The notes beneath the pieces are model-generated. The model saw only the letters and a list, made by a program, of their open reading frames with translations, was not told where the DNA came from and made no database searches. The translations under genes were made by a program, and so were the position numbers. From an uncultured Actinomycetes bacterium (GTDB lineage Bacteria; Actinomycetota; UBA4738; HRBIN12), in the NCBI GenBank assembly GCA_963749895.1, contig CAVVOG010000002.1, positions 94,511-158,510 on the forward strand: 64,000 bases of DNA, read 5' to 3'. Of this stretch, positions 1 to 9,919 are shown in pieces. Position 1 is the stretch's first letter. The number at the start of each line of letters is the position of its first letter.

Positions 1-561
1 CGGCGGCGACCAGGTGCACGGGCTCGACCTCGAGCGTCGGCGAGGCCTGAGCGTCGACGAGCACCCGCACGACGTCATCGCCCCGGCGAGCCGCGACCAT
101 CACGACGTCGATCCGCCCCCAGCCCGTGACCCACGGCGCCTCGCCGTCGAGGATCACGCCGCCGCTCCGCGGAGTCGGTCGCCGTCAGCACCACCGGACC
201 GGGACGTTCCCCCGCGAGAGCGATCCCGGACCTTCGCTCACCGTGCGCCAGCGGCGCGAGCCACGCATCGCGGAGCCCCGGTGTCGACGAGGCGGCGACC
301 GCCCGGACGGGGTTGTGGTGTTGGATCCACACGAACGTGGTCGTCAGGCAGCCGCTCGGCGAGCACTTCGACCACCGGCTGGATCTCGGCGGCCGACAGG
401 TCCCACCCGCCGACCCCGGCCGGGGCCGCCATCCCGTAGAACCCCTCCGCTGCCAGCCTGTCGAGCAGGTCGGCCGGCACGAGGCCGGCCGCGTCCGTGT
501 CGAGGGCACGAGGGAACAGAAGGTCGTCGGCGAGCGATCGAGCGCGGTCCACGGGGTCCAT
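1..561 (-). CDS. Acyl-CoA dehydrogenase family protein, 3' end outside window, with apparent frameshifts near 357 and 165
   Basis: Frames join into MDPVDRARSLADDLLFPRALDTD..LDRLAAEGFYG..EVLA|SGCLTTTFVWIQHHNPVRAV..RRSGIALAG..|GGVILDGEAPWVTGWG, typical ACAD N-terminal and middle segments. Confidence 0.75.
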
Positions 562-582
562 CGCCCGGGACCGTAGCAGCGC

Positions 583-711
583 TCAGGAGTGCGGGATCGC
601 CGAGGTCGTCGTCGGCTTCGCGTGCTTCGCCTTCTTGAGCGCCCGCTTCTCCTTGAGGCTGCGGGTCGCGACCTTCTTGGCCTTCGTGGTGCCGCGGTCC
701 TTGTTCGCCAT
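583..711 (-). CDS. Small Lys-rich basic protein (42 aa)
   Basis: GGAGG RBS before ATG; MANKDRGTTKAKKVATRSLKEKRALKKAKHAK; codons fit GC3 bias. Confidence 0.65.
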   Translation of the reverse strand: MANKDRGTTKAKKVATRSLKEKRALKKAKHAKPTTTSAIPHS

Positions 712-840
712 CTGGCCCTCCTGCGGCGGGGTTCCTTCCGCAAGCGTACGCCCGTGGGATGCGCTGCGCGAACCGACCTCTGGCCCCTTGCGCATCCGCA
801 CACCCCGTGCCTATCGTCGGGCGGAGAAGGGGGAACGACG

Positions 841-1794
841 ATGGCAACCCCGACGAAGGTCCCCGAGGTCGAGCCGACCCCGACCCGGCCGAGCGCCCCG
901 ACCGTGGTGCTCCCCGACTCGGCCGTGATCCGCACGATCCCGCCCGAACGCACCCCGCCGGCCCCCGCGGCCACCACCCGACGGCTGTGGGCAGCGCTGA
1001 TCGGCCTCGCGATCGCGGTGCTCGTGGCGATCGGCGTCATCGTGTGGCAGCAGAGCCGCGTCGACGACGCCGAGGCAGCGCTCCGCGCCGCCGACACCGA
1101 CCGCGGCGTGGCGACGATCCAGGCGCAGCAGCTCCAGACCGACCTCGCGCTGGCCGAGGCCGAGCTCGCGCAGGCCCAGACCGAGGTCCAAGGGCTCGAG
1201 CGCCGGGTCGAGCGACTCGAGGCGAAGGTCGCCGGGACGACCCAGGACAACGAGCAGATGACCTCGGAGCTCGACGCCGCACAGGCCGATCTCCGCCAGG
1301 CCGAGAACCAGCTCGCTCGCGCCCAGGCGCGAGAGGCCGAAGCGAGCGCAGCCGCGCGGCAGGCACGCACCGAGTTGAACGCGATCGCCGGCGCCCCACT
1401 CGCCGACGGCGAGTGGACCGGGCGGATGTTCATGTTCGGCGGCACCCAGGTCCCGCCGATGCTCGCCTTCGACGAACGCAAGCTGTTCCGGGGGCAGGAC
1501 GCGATCGACGCGATGATCGCCGACGGCGTCCCGCGGGCGACCGCCCAGGCGTGCGGGTCCGACTGCGTCTACTGGCGGAACCCGTCGAACGGCTGGCGCA
1601 TCATGGAGGTCTCGCCGTACGCGCTCGTGACGCTGTACACGTTCGGGCCCGACACGACGATGAACCTCTCCGAGTTCACACGAGCCTTCAACGGTGAAGG
1701 ACCCCGCAACGCGAAGATCTCGGCCGCCCCGTATCGGCTCACGATGTCCGGCGGCCAGGTCACCCGGATCGAGGAGGTCCGCGTCGGCTGGTAG
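841..1794 (+). CDS. Single-TM membrane-anchored coiled-coil protein, function unknown
   Basis: Pro-rich N-terminus, TM LWAALIGLAIAVLVAIGVIVW, about 110 aa Q/E/A-rich heptad region, C-terminal globular domain with 2 Cys. Confidence 0.8.
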   Translation: MATPTKVPEVEPTPTRPSAPTVVLPDSAVIRTIPPERTPPAPAATTRRLWAALIGLAIAVLVAIGVIVWQQSRVDDAEAALRAADTDRGVATIQAQQLQTDLALAEAELAQAQTEVQGLERRVERLEAKVAGTTQDNEQMTSELDAAQADLRQAENQLARAQAREAEASAAARQARTELNAIAGAPLADGEWTGRMFMFGGTQVPPMLAFDERKLFRGQDAIDAMIADGVPRATAQACGSDCVYWRNPSNGWRIMEVSPYALVTLYTFGPDTTMNLSEFTRAFNGEGPRNAKISAAPYRLTMSGGQVTRIEEVRVGW

Positions 1795-1799
1795 CCGGA

Positions 1800-3074
1800 T
1801 CAGGGCGTCGATGCGGCGACGACCCGGCCGGCAACCGTGCAGCCCTCGCCGGGCGACGACCGGATCACGAGCGAGCCGCCCAGGGCTTCGACGCGCTCCT
1901 GGAGGCTCCGCAGGCCGACGCCCCGCCGGACCGCGTCCGGGTCGAAGCCCTCGCCGTCGTCGGTGACGCTGAAGGCGAGCTCCCCGCCGGCCCGTCGCAG
2001 CGAGACCACGACCGAGCGAGCATGCGCATGCTTCACGGCGTTCTGCACCGCCTCGAGACAGCAGAAGTACACGGCGGTCTCGACGTGCAGCGGGAACCTC
2101 CCGATCCCCGAGGCACGCACCTCGACCGGCACCGGGGCCTTCCCCGCCCGCTGCTCGAGCGCCGGCCCGAGACCCTCGTCGGCCAGGACAGGCGGACAGG
2201 TCGCGCGCGTGAGCTCGCGCAGCCCTTCGAGGGTCTCCAGCGCCTCGGCCTGGAGCGTCTCCAGCAGTGTCACCGCGCGCGCGGGATCGGACCCGACGAG
2301 CCCCTTCGCGAGTCCGAGCTTCACCGAGAGGGCCACGAGCTGCTGCTGCGCGCCGTCGTGAAGGTTCCGCTCGATCCTGCGACGCTCGTGCTCGGCGGCG
2401 TCGATCAACCTCCGCCGCCCTTCGCGACCCTCCCGGTCGAGTCGCTCCCGGCGCCGCGCGAGGAGCGCCGCCGAGCCGACCGCCACGAGGCAGAAGGCGA
2501 TCTGCCCGGAACCAGAGAAGGCAGCGTACGGCGTGTCCGAACGGATCTCGGCGATCACGACGACGGCGAGCCACCCGAGCGCGACGACCGCGGCGGCCAG
2601 ATGGGTGGCGACGACGGTCGACAGCGCCAAGGTGGCGAGGGTGAGGCCGAGCGACGGGAGGATCCACGCGACGACGGGCAGGTCGGCCGCCGGGAGGAGG
2701 ACGACCACGGCACCCATCGCGAGGGCGGCGGTCCCGAGGACCGCGCTCGCCCGGAGCAGGAGGAGACGGACGTTCGGCATCGGCGTCGAGCGCGTGAGCT
2801 CGTCCATCGGATCGGCCCACGGCCCGTAGGCGAGGGCGACCCCGCCGATCGGAAGCAGCGGGGCCACGATCAGGAGGGTGAGCGTCGCCCGGGGACCCAC
2901 CGCGGCGGCGCCGACCGAGAACGCGACCGCGGCCAGGGCCGACCCGATCCACGACCACCGGTAGCTCGGCGCGGCCGCGAGGACGCGCGCGACGTGGTCG
3001 GGAACCCGGACGCGGGTGAGCGCCCTCTCGATCGCCGATCCCGGCGCGGCGCCGGAGACCGCGGCCTCGCTCAC
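1800..3074 (-). CDS. HisKA_3-type sensor histidine kinase with an anti-sigma-like multi-TM N-terminal domain
   Basis: ERRRIERNLHDGAQQQL H-box, EAVQNAVKHA N-box, DDGEGF and GVGL G-boxes; GTG start overlaps upstream TGA. Confidence 0.9.
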   Translation of the reverse strand: MSEAAVSGAAPGSAIERALTRVRVPDHVARVLAAAPSYRWSWIGSALAAVAFSVGAAAVGPRATLTLLIVAPLLPIGGVALAYGPWADPMDELTRSTPMPNVRLLLLRASAVLGTAALAMGAVVVLLPAADLPVVAWILPSLGLTLATLALSTVVATHLAAAVVALGWLAVVVIAEIRSDTPYAAFSGSGQIAFCLVAVGSAALLARRRERLDREGREGRRRLIDAAEHERRRIERNLHDGAQQQLVALSVKLGLAKGLVGSDPARAVTLLETLQAEALETLEGLRELTRATCPPVLADEGLGPALEQRAGKAPVPVEVRASGIGRFPLHVETAVYFCCLEAVQNAVKHAHARSVVVSLRRAGGELAFSVTDDGEGFDPDAVRRGVGLRSLQERVEALGGSLVIRSSPGEGCTVAGRVVAASTP

Positions 3075-3742
3075 CCTGCTCCGATCCCGGCCCGAGCGGG
3101 TCTCGTCGCCCCGACGAGGCGGTGCCGAGGCCCGCCCCGGGTCACCCACGCGGTCGAGGTCGAGGCCAGCACCGCGAGGCCGAGGCCTCCGACCAGCAGC
3201 CATCTGCCGTACAGGTGCCCCCAGGTGGTGGAGGTGGGCTCGAGGCCGAGCGAGACGTCGTACGCGGTGGGCACCACCACGAAGATCGTGACGAGGCCGA
3301 CCGCGGCGAACAGCCCGGCGCGGGTCCGCCCGACCGCGACGGTGCCCACCGAGGCGAGACCGAGGGCGACGCAGCACATCGCGATGAAGCCCGCCGTGAG
3401 GCTCACGACCGTCCACCCGACATCGGCGGAGACGAGCGCCGCGCCCCAACACACGAGCGCCACCGACAGGACGGCCGCGCCGCGCAGGCCCCGGACCCAC
3501 AGCAACGGCGTCGGCGTCGGCGCCGTGGTGCGCTCGGTCCCGTCGTCGACGGTGAAGCCGACACACACGGCCAGCAGCATCGCGACGGCCGGCAGGTTCT
3601 CAAGGGGTGGGGGTCGTTCGGCGGTTCGAGCTACCGCCATCGCGAGCCCCGACAGCGGCACCGCCACCAGGAACGGCGACCAGCGGGTCGCCCGGGCGAC
3701 CGGCCGGGCGAGCTGCCTCGCCTGGCGCCCCCGGGGACGCAC
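3071..3742 (-). CDS. ABC transporter permease-like membrane protein
   Basis: About 6 hydrophobic segments; translationally coupled within the ABC operon. Confidence 0.75.
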   Translation of the reverse strand: MRPRGRQARQLARPVARATRWSPFLVAVPLSGLAMAVARTAERPPPLENLPAVAMLLAVCVGFTVDDGTERTTAPTPTPLLWVRGLRGAAVLSVALVCWGAALVSADVGWTVVSLTAGFIAMCCVALGLASVGTVAVGRTRAGLFAAVGLVTIFVVVPTAYDVSLGLEPTSTTWGHLYGRWLLVGGLGLAVLASTSTAWVTRGGPRHRLVGATRPARAGIGAG

Positions 3743-3743
3743 G

Positions 3744-4541
3744 TCAGAACCACCCTTCCGGGATCTGCAGGATGCCGAACGCGATCGCGCCGGCGAGTCC
3801 GGCGGCACCGATGACGACCGGGACCGGGCGGACCCGGTCGCGCAGGAACGCGGCGCTCGAGTACGCGACGGTCACGCTGACGAGGTACGCCAGATGCCAC
3901 AGGTGCAACGCGACGTCGTCGTGCCACACGACCCAAGGGATCACCCAGATCAACGGGGTGAACGTGTGGAGCGCGAGCACGACCACGCCGCCGATCACGT
4001 TCGGGATCCATCGGGCGATCATCACGCCGAGCGCCCCGATCGCGGCGATCACGAAGGGCGTCTGCACGAGCATCAGGAACTCCAGATCCTCGGGGAGCCC
4101 GCCGATCTCGGCCCCGTGCAGGATCGCGACGACCGATGCCCACACGATCGACACGCTCACGGGTCCGATCACGACCCCCAGGAGCTGCGCAGCCGTCCGG
4201 GCACCGAGCGGCGCGGGGGCGCTCCCGAACAGCTCGTCGGTCCCGTCGCGCCTGGACCGCAGGGCGCCGAGGTTCGCGGCGAACAGGGTTCCGACCATGA
4301 GTGCGAGCCCGAGACCGAGGAACAGGATGCTCAGGCTGTACCCGCTCCCCGGCGACCCACCGGTCACGACGAACCAGAGCCCGAGACCGATCAGGAACGC
4401 CGGGTGGCGGAGCATCTTCCGGGCCTCCACCCGCGCGAGAGCCCACACGACCGCGGGAGGCGCCGCTTCCTCCGTGTGCGGGATCGCCCGACCCCGCATC
4501 TCTCGGGCGGCCGCCCTGGTCGTCTGGGTGGCGGTGGCCAT
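3744..4541 (-). CDS. ABC-2 type permease
   Basis: LARVEARKMLRHP N-terminal helix and RSRRDGTDELFGSAP coupling motif; about 6 TM; TGATG overlap with the ATPase gene. Confidence 0.8.
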   Translation of the reverse strand: MATATQTTRAAAREMRGRAIPHTEEAAPPAVVWALARVEARKMLRHPAFLIGLGLWFVVTGGSPGSGYSLSILFLGLGLALMVGTLFAANLGALRSRRDGTDELFGSAPAPLGARTAAQLLGVVIGPVSVSIVWASVVAILHGAEIGGLPEDLEFLMLVQTPFVIAAIGALGVMIARWIPNVIGGVVVLALHTFTPLIWVIPWVVWHDDVALHLWHLAYLVSVTVAYSSAAFLRDRVRPVPVVIGAAGLAGAIAFGILQIPEGWF

Positions 4542-5413
4542 CAGGCCGCCTCCTCCTCGTGATCCAGCGCCCGGTTCCCGACCAGGAGCAGGTAGCCGTC
4601 CTCGAGCGACGGCTCGACGAGGTCGGCGTTCGCAGGCGCCTCGCCGATGTGACGGTGCCGACCGTCGCCGGTCCGCCATGACAGCTGGGCCGCCGCGGAA
4701 CGTTCCCCGGCGAGCCAGACACGCCCGCGCGCCACGTCGATCAGCTCGGCGGGCGTCCCATCGAACAGGGCTCGACCGTCGAGCATCACCACGACCCGTG
4801 GGCACAGGGCCGCCACGTCCTCGGTTTGGTGGGTGGAGAGCACGACGGTGCGGTCCTCGGCGCGCTCGGACACGATCTCGCGGAACCGGAGCCGCTGCTC
4901 CGGGTCGAGGCCGGCGGTAGGCTCGTCGAGCACCAGCAGGTCGGGGTCCCCGAGCAGCGCCTGCGCCAGGGCGACGCGACGACGCATCCCGCCCGACAGT
5001 GCCTTGATCTTCGTGCCCGAACGCGACTCCAGCCCCACGAGGGTGAGCACCCGTCGCACCTCGTCGTGCCGCGCCCGCGTGTCGGTCATCTCCTTGAGGA
5101 TCGCGACGTAGTCGACGAACTCGAACGCGGTGAAGGACCTGTGGAACCCCGGTTCCTGCGGCATGTAGCCGAGGCGCCGGCGGATCGACACGCGCTCGTC
5201 GGCCTTGCCCGGGTCCCACCCCAGCAGCCGAAGGTCGCCGGCATCGGGCGCAAGGACGGTGGCGAGCATCCGCAGCAGCGTCGTCTTCCCGGCGCCGTTC
5301 GGGCCCAGCAACCCGGTGATCCCCGCGCCGGCGTCGAACGTGACCCCGTTCAGCGCGCGGGTCCGCAGGAACGACTTCTCGACCCCGGTGATCTGGACGG
5401 TCGGCAGGCTCAT
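4541..5413 (-). CDS. ABC transporter ATP-binding protein
   Basis: Walker A GPNGAGKTT, signature LSGGM, Walker B LLVLDEPT, H-loop STH. Confidence 0.95.
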   Translation of the reverse strand: MSLPTVQITGVEKSFLRTRALNGVTFDAGAGITGLLGPNGAGKTTLLRMLATVLAPDAGDLRLLGWDPGKADERVSIRRRLGYMPQEPGFHRSFTAFEFVDYVAILKEMTDTRARHDEVRRVLTLVGLESRSGTKIKALSGGMRRRVALAQALLGDPDLLVLDEPTAGLDPEQRLRFREIVSERAEDRTVVLSTHQTEDVAALCPRVVVMLDGRALFDGTPAELIDVARGRVWLAGERSAAAQLSWRTGDGRHRHIGEAPANADLVEPSLEDGYLLLVGNRALDHEEEAA

Positions 5414-6249
5414 CGGAACGCTCCTTCCTCGAAGCTCTCTCGGCGGCGGCCCAGGACCCATGCCGACGCGGCGATCAGGACGGCGAAGGCCAGCTGGGGA
5501 CCGGCTCGGAACGCCGCGAAGCGATCGCCGGACGCCCATTGGAGGGAGACGGCGACGACGATCCACGACCCTACGACGATCCCCACCGCGAGCCGGTGGT
5601 GGATCGCCGTCGACAGCGCGAGCGCGGCGAGCGCCAGCCCCAGCGAAGGGAGGAGCCACGCGAGCGCCTCCCAGCCCCGCCACGGCAGTGCGACGGCACC
5701 GAGCGCGGCGATCGCGACCGAGGCCACCAGCACGGCGGTGGCGCGGACCATCAGCAGACGGGCGGCGGGCATCGGCGCGCTCACCCCGATCTCATAGGTG
5801 GGGTCGACCCCCGGCCCGTAGGCGAACGCGACGCCGAGCACCGGGAGCAGCGCCGCGAGCACGAGGAACCCCCACATCGCCAGGTCCTCCCGGACGTCGC
5901 CGTGGGCGAGGTTCGCCAGCACGACGGCCTGTCCGAGCGCGACCGCCTCCGCGATCAGCCACGACAGTCGGAGCGAGGGGGTCGCCGCGAGGATCCTGCC
6001 GATGTGCTCGCGGACGCCGAGCCGCCGCAGTCCTCGTTCGATCGCACCGGCCCGCGGTGCGTCGACGACCTCTGCGACCTCCACCCACATCCGTTCCAGC
6101 CATGCGTGATCCGCGTCGACCGCCACGGCGACGCGGCACGCGTCGCACGCGAGCAGGTGCGCCTCGATCGACGACGCGCGCGCGTCGTCGATCGTCCCGT
6201 CCGCGTAGGCGGCCAGCATCGCCTCGTCCGCGTGCCAGGTCGTCGTCAT
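5410..6249 (-). CDS. zf-HC2 (ZAS) anti-sigma factor with multi-TM C-terminal domain
   Basis: EAHLLACDACR HxxxCxxC motif; ATGA-coupled to ECF sigma gene. Confidence 0.9.
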   Translation of the reverse strand: MTTTWHADEAMLAAYADGTIDDARASSIEAHLLACDACRVAVAVDADHAWLERMWVEVAEVVDAPRAGAIERGLRRLGVREHIGRILAATPSLRLSWLIAEAVALGQAVVLANLAHGDVREDLAMWGFLVLAALLPVLGVAFAYGPGVDPTYEIGVSAPMPAARLLMVRATAVLVASVAIAALGAVALPWRGWEALAWLLPSLGLALAALALSTAIHHRLAVGIVVGSWIVVAVSLQWASGDRFAAFRAGPQLAFAVLIAASAWVLGRRRESFEEGAFR

Positions 6250-6776
6250 GCGAGCGCTCCTCTCAGCTCCGCGCGAGCGCGCATCATCCGGGTCTTCACC
6301 GTGCCCTGCGGGATCCCCAGCAGCGCGGCGGCTTCCTTCGTCGAGAGGCCGTCCAACACCGTCGCCTGCATCACGGCGCGGAGCTCCGGCGACAGTCGGT
6401 TCAACGCGACGCCGAGGTCGCCGTGCTCGACGCCGAGGAGCACCTCGTCCTCGGCGGACGCCACCAGTTGCCCGCGGCCCAACGGCGAGGGCACCGGGTG
6501 CGGGCGTGCGCGCAGCCGATCGACGAGCCGGCGGATGCCGATCCCCCAGATCCAGGCCGCGACCTCACCGGTCCCCCGGTACCGGCGGGCGCCCTTCCAC
6601 ACCGCGACGAACGTGTCCTGGACGACCTCCTCGACGACGCCGCGATCGGACATCCTCCGGGCGAGCCGGAGGCTCAGCCACGGGGCATGGCGCTCGAACA
6701 GCGCGCGGAGCGCCTCCCGATCGCCACCGGCGACCGCGGCCACCAGGGCATCGTCGCTCTCGTCGCGCGCCTCCAT
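6246..6776 (-). CDS. ECF RNA polymerase sigma factor
   Basis: Region 2 EEVVQDTFVAVW and region 4 LSTKEAAALLGIPQGTVKTRMMRAR. Confidence 0.95.
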   Translation of the reverse strand: MEARDESDDALVAAVAGGDREALRALFERHAPWLSLRLARRMSDRGVVEEVVQDTFVAVWKGARRYRGTGEVAAWIWGIGIRRLVDRLRARPHPVPSPLGRGQLVASAEDEVLLGVEHGDLGVALNRLSPELRAVMQATVLDGLSTKEAAALLGIPQGTVKTRMMRARAELRGALA

Positions 6777-6785
6777 GACCCCCCT

Positions 6786-6812
6786 GTCGTGCGCGGAGGC
6801 GCGAACGGTTCA
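6786..6812 (-). promoter_or_regulatory. Candidate autoregulatory ECF promoter TGAACC-N17-CGAC
   Basis: GAAC-type -35 and CG-type -10 located 9 nt upstream of the sigma ATG. Confidence 0.45.
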
Positions 6813-6903
6813 CGCCGCAGCACGTCGCCCCCCGGCACGCACGAGCCTACGCCCGGCGGGAGGCGGGAGGCGGGAGACGCATCGGAACCCGAACGCCGGG
6901 CTC

Positions 6904-8001
6904 TCAGCCCGTCGTCGCGGTGACGACGTAGTCCTCGGCGTCGGCGTCCCACTCCAGGGCGATCACGCCCTGGGTCTGAGCCGCCTTGCAGAACTGCAGG
7001 AATCCGCCGTAGCCGAACTTCTTCTCGCTGAACCCCGGCTCGACCTTGCGGACCTTGTCCTTCAGGCCGGACAGGACGGGGGGAGCGCCCTTCGCCTCGA
7101 TGTCGGCGACCACCCCCTGGAGCAACGCGAACGCCTCGGTCTCGCCGCCGTGCGACGGCAGCGACACCTCCGGGTCACCCTTCGCGGAGCCCTCGGTCAG
7201 CTCGATCACGTTGCGCTCGGCCAGGTGCAGCAGCAGCTCGCGGAACCCACGGAACCCGACCTCGGCCTCGCTGAACGTCGGATCCTTGCGGAGCAGCGCG
7301 CGCTTCACCGACGATGCGAGGACCGCCCCGTTCGACATGCGCTGCAGGCCTGCGACCGTCTGTGCGATCACGACCGCGAGCGAGTCGAGGTCGCGGGTGC
7401 CGGTCTCGTCTTCGACGTCCTCCTCGGGCTCGGGGAGATCTTCCACCGCCTTCACGGCCCGTGCGGCGCGCTCGGGCTTCGCCGAGGTGGCCCGCTTCGC
7501 CCGACGACGCCCGGTCGGCACGTCGACTCCCTCGAGGGTGTCGTAGAACAGGAACTCGTCACACGCCGGCGGGAGCATCCCAGAGGTCGAGCCCTTGATC
7601 CCCACCCCGATCACGCGCTTGTTCAGCTCCCGGAGCTTGTGGACGAGCGGTGTCAGATCGCTGTCGCCGGTGCAGATCACGAAGGTCGTGACGTACTCAC
7701 GCTCGAAGGCGAGCTCGAGCGCATCGACCGCCATCTTGATGTCGGCCGCGTTCTTGCGCGAGGCCCCCATCCGCTGGGGGATCTCGATCAGCTCCACGTG
7801 GTGGCGGGTGAGCATCCGCCGGTCCTCGTCGAACGACGACCAGTCCGCGTAGGCCTTCCGCGCGATCACCCGGCCCCGCTCGGCGAGCGCGTCGAGCACG
7901 GGTCGAAGGTCGAACTGCATCCCACGCAGGTTGTCCCTGGCGCCGATCGCCAGGTTCTCGTAGTCCAGGAACAGGGCGATCCGTTCTTCGTCGGTGTCCA
8001 C
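6904..8001 (-). CDS. NYN (LabA/DUF88) domain protein with two OST-HTH/LOTUS domains
   Basis: ALFLDYEN, KNAADIKMAVDALE, GDSDL; two C-terminal repeats DPTFSEAEVGFRGFRELL and EPGFSEKKFGYGGFLQF. Confidence 0.9.
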   Translation of the reverse strand: MDTDEERIALFLDYENLAIGARDNLRGMQFDLRPVLDALAERGRVIARKAYADWSSFDEDRRMLTRHHVELIEIPQRMGASRKNAADIKMAVDALELAFEREYVTTFVICTGDSDLTPLVHKLRELNKRVIGVGIKGSTSGMLPPACDEFLFYDTLEGVDVPTGRRRAKRATSAKPERAARAVKAVEDLPEPEEDVEDETGTRDLDSLAVVIAQTVAGLQRMSNGAVLASSVKRALLRKDPTFSEAEVGFRGFRELLLHLAERNVIELTEGSAKGDPEVSLPSHGGETEAFALLQGVVADIEAKGAPPVLSGLKDKVRKVEPGFSEKKFGYGGFLQFCKAAQTQGVIALEWDADAEDYVVTATTG

Positions 8002-8058
8002 GCCTCGCAGCCTAGCCCTCGCCGCGGCCCCGTGCCCCAGGTAGCCTTCCCGTTCGAC

Positions 8059-8628
8059 ATGGACGCACCTGACGAGATCGAGACCGAGCGGCTTCGCCTG
8101 CGTCGCTCCCGCCCAGAGGACGCCGAGGCGATCTCGGTTTACCGGAGCCACCCCGACGTCCACATCCATCAGGGCTGGGACCGCACCGATCCCGCCGGGA
8201 TCCGCGCCGAGATCGAAGAGATGCTGACCCGGTCCCCGGGTGAGGCGGGAGGCTGGGTCCAGTTCACCGTCTTCGAACGGGACACCGGGACGTTGGCCGG
8301 CGACGTGGGGATGGCGCCGGCCGACGGCGAGCCCGGGGTGATCAAGATCGGCTACACGATCGCGCCCTCGTTCCAGGGGAAGGGCTACGCGACCGAGGCC
8401 ACGCGCGCGCTCGTCGCCCTCGCGTTCGACGGGCTCGGCGCCGACGTGATCCGAGCCTATGCCGGAGCGCAGAACGCGCCCTCGATCCGGGTGATGGAGA
8501 AGCTCGGGCTCGAGCTGATCGAGCGCTTCGAAGGTGAGGACGAGGACGGCCACTGGACGGGCGTGCGGTACGAGCGCCGGCGCGACGATCAGGAACCGAG
8601 GACGCGAGCGACGGCGATGCCGTCGTAG
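8059..8628 (+). CDS. GNAT N-acetyltransferase (RimJ/RimL type)
   Basis: IETERLRLR, IGYTIAPSFQGKGYATEA, NAPSIRVMEKLG. Confidence 0.9.
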   Translation: MDAPDEIETERLRLRRSRPEDAEAISVYRSHPDVHIHQGWDRTDPAGIRAEIEEMLTRSPGEAGGWVQFTVFERDTGTLAGDVGMAPADGEPGVIKIGYTIAPSFQGKGYATEATRALVALAFDGLGADVIRAYAGAQNAPSIRVMEKLGLELIERFEGEDEDGHWTGVRYERRRDDQEPRTRATAMPS

Positions 8629-9851
8629 ACGAGCGTCGCAGGGGCGGTTCCCACGGCCGCGATCCGTCCCTTCGATGCCACGGCGACCGACCGGAAGATG
8701 CTGTCCCCCCCGGGGAACGGCACGACCACGAACCCGCCCGTGCCGAACCCCCCGTCCGCGGCACCGTTCCCACGGATCCGGAACAGCGCGGCGTCACCGT
8801 CGACCTGCCCCGCCATCACGATCTTCTTGCCGGACGCCACGGCCCCGAACCAGTACTCGAGGTCGACACCGGCGTCATGGAAGACGACGCCGTCGCCGCC
8901 TCCCCACGCCAGATCCAGGTGGCCGCTCGCGTTGAACCGTGCCACGAACGGATCCCACCCCCCGGTGAGTCCTCCATCGGTGTACCCCGTCACCATGAAG
9001 AACCCGAGGGATCGCATGACCACGGACCCAACGTTGTCGAACGGACCCAGGTCGAGCAGCGTCTTCCCGTCCCCGCCACCGAAGTCCTTCGGCCGCGTGC
9101 CGTCCGGCGCGAAGCTCACGATCGCGACGTCGACCCCCCCCACGTCGCCGACGGCAAGGAGGGCGTCGCTGGTTCCCCAGCGCGCCAGGTCGGTGAACGC
9201 GACATCGCGAGACGCGAACCCAGCCGTCGCGATGCCGTCGCGAGAGAACCCCCGATCCAGCCGACCGTCGGCCCGCAGCCTCAGCACGAGCATCGACGTC
9301 CGCTCGAAGTCGCCGGTGGTCCCCCCCACCGCGATCTTCCCCTCCGACAAGGGCACGACGGCTCGCGCTACCGCGAACCCCGGGGTGTCGACCACCACGA
9401 TGCCGTCACCGCCGAACGTTCGGTCGAACGCCCCATCGGGCTTCAAGCGGACGACGACGATCCGGACATCCGCACCCCTCTGGGCGCCTCCGACGATCAC
9501 GATCTTCCCGTTGCGCAGCACGGCGATCTCGCCCAGCGTGTCATCACGGCCGAACACGTCGATCCGCACCCGACCCCGGCGACCGAACGTCCGGTCGATG
9601 CGGCCCTTCGCGGTCATCCGGGTGAGCGCCAGATCGCGATCGCCTTCCTGACCCGATGACCCGGCGACGATCAGCTCCGTACCCTGGGTCGCCACCGACG
9701 TGCCGGCGGCACCCTGTGGGAACCCAACCGTGGTGCGGCCATCGCCACTGAACGAGGGATCGAGATCGCCAGGAGCGGCGTGAACGGCGCTGGGCGGCAG
9801 GGCGGCGGTGACCGCGATGAAGGCCGCGAGGACGAGGCGCACGATCCGCAT
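8589..9851 (-). CDS. Secreted delta-60-repeat beta-propeller protein
   Basis: Signal peptide ending AVHA; repeats GDLDPSFSGDG, GAFDRTFGGDG, GRLDRGFSRDG with GKIVIVGG. Confidence 0.85.
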   Translation of the reverse strand: MRIVRLVLAAFIAVTAALPPSAVHAAPGDLDPSFSGDGRTTVGFPQGAAGTSVATQGTELIVAGSSGQEGDRDLALTRMTAKGRIDRTFGRRGRVRIDVFGRDDTLGEIAVLRNGKIVIVGGAQRGADVRIVVVRLKPDGAFDRTFGGDGIVVVDTPGFAVARAVVPLSEGKIAVGGTTGDFERTSMLVLRLRADGRLDRGFSRDGIATAGFASRDVAFTDLARWGTSDALLAVGDVGGVDVAIVSFAPDGTRPKDFGGGDGKTLLDLGPFDNVGSVVMRSLGFFMVTGYTDGGLTGGWDPFVARFNASGHLDLAWGGGDGVVFHDAGVDLEYWFGAVASGKKIVMAGQVDGDAALFRIRGNGAADGGFGTGGFVVVPFPGGDSIFRSVAVASKGRIAAVGTAPATLVYDGIAVARVLGS

Positions 9852-9919
9852 CAGACGGCTCCTGGAGCGACTGGTGATCCACGAACCATGCACCCGCCCA
9901 CCCGAGCGGTCAAACCGAC

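Noticed and set aside
6904-8001. NYN nuclease as a defence or toxin system
   Set aside because: Common stand-alone NYN-LOTUS architecture with no antitoxin or defence neighbours.
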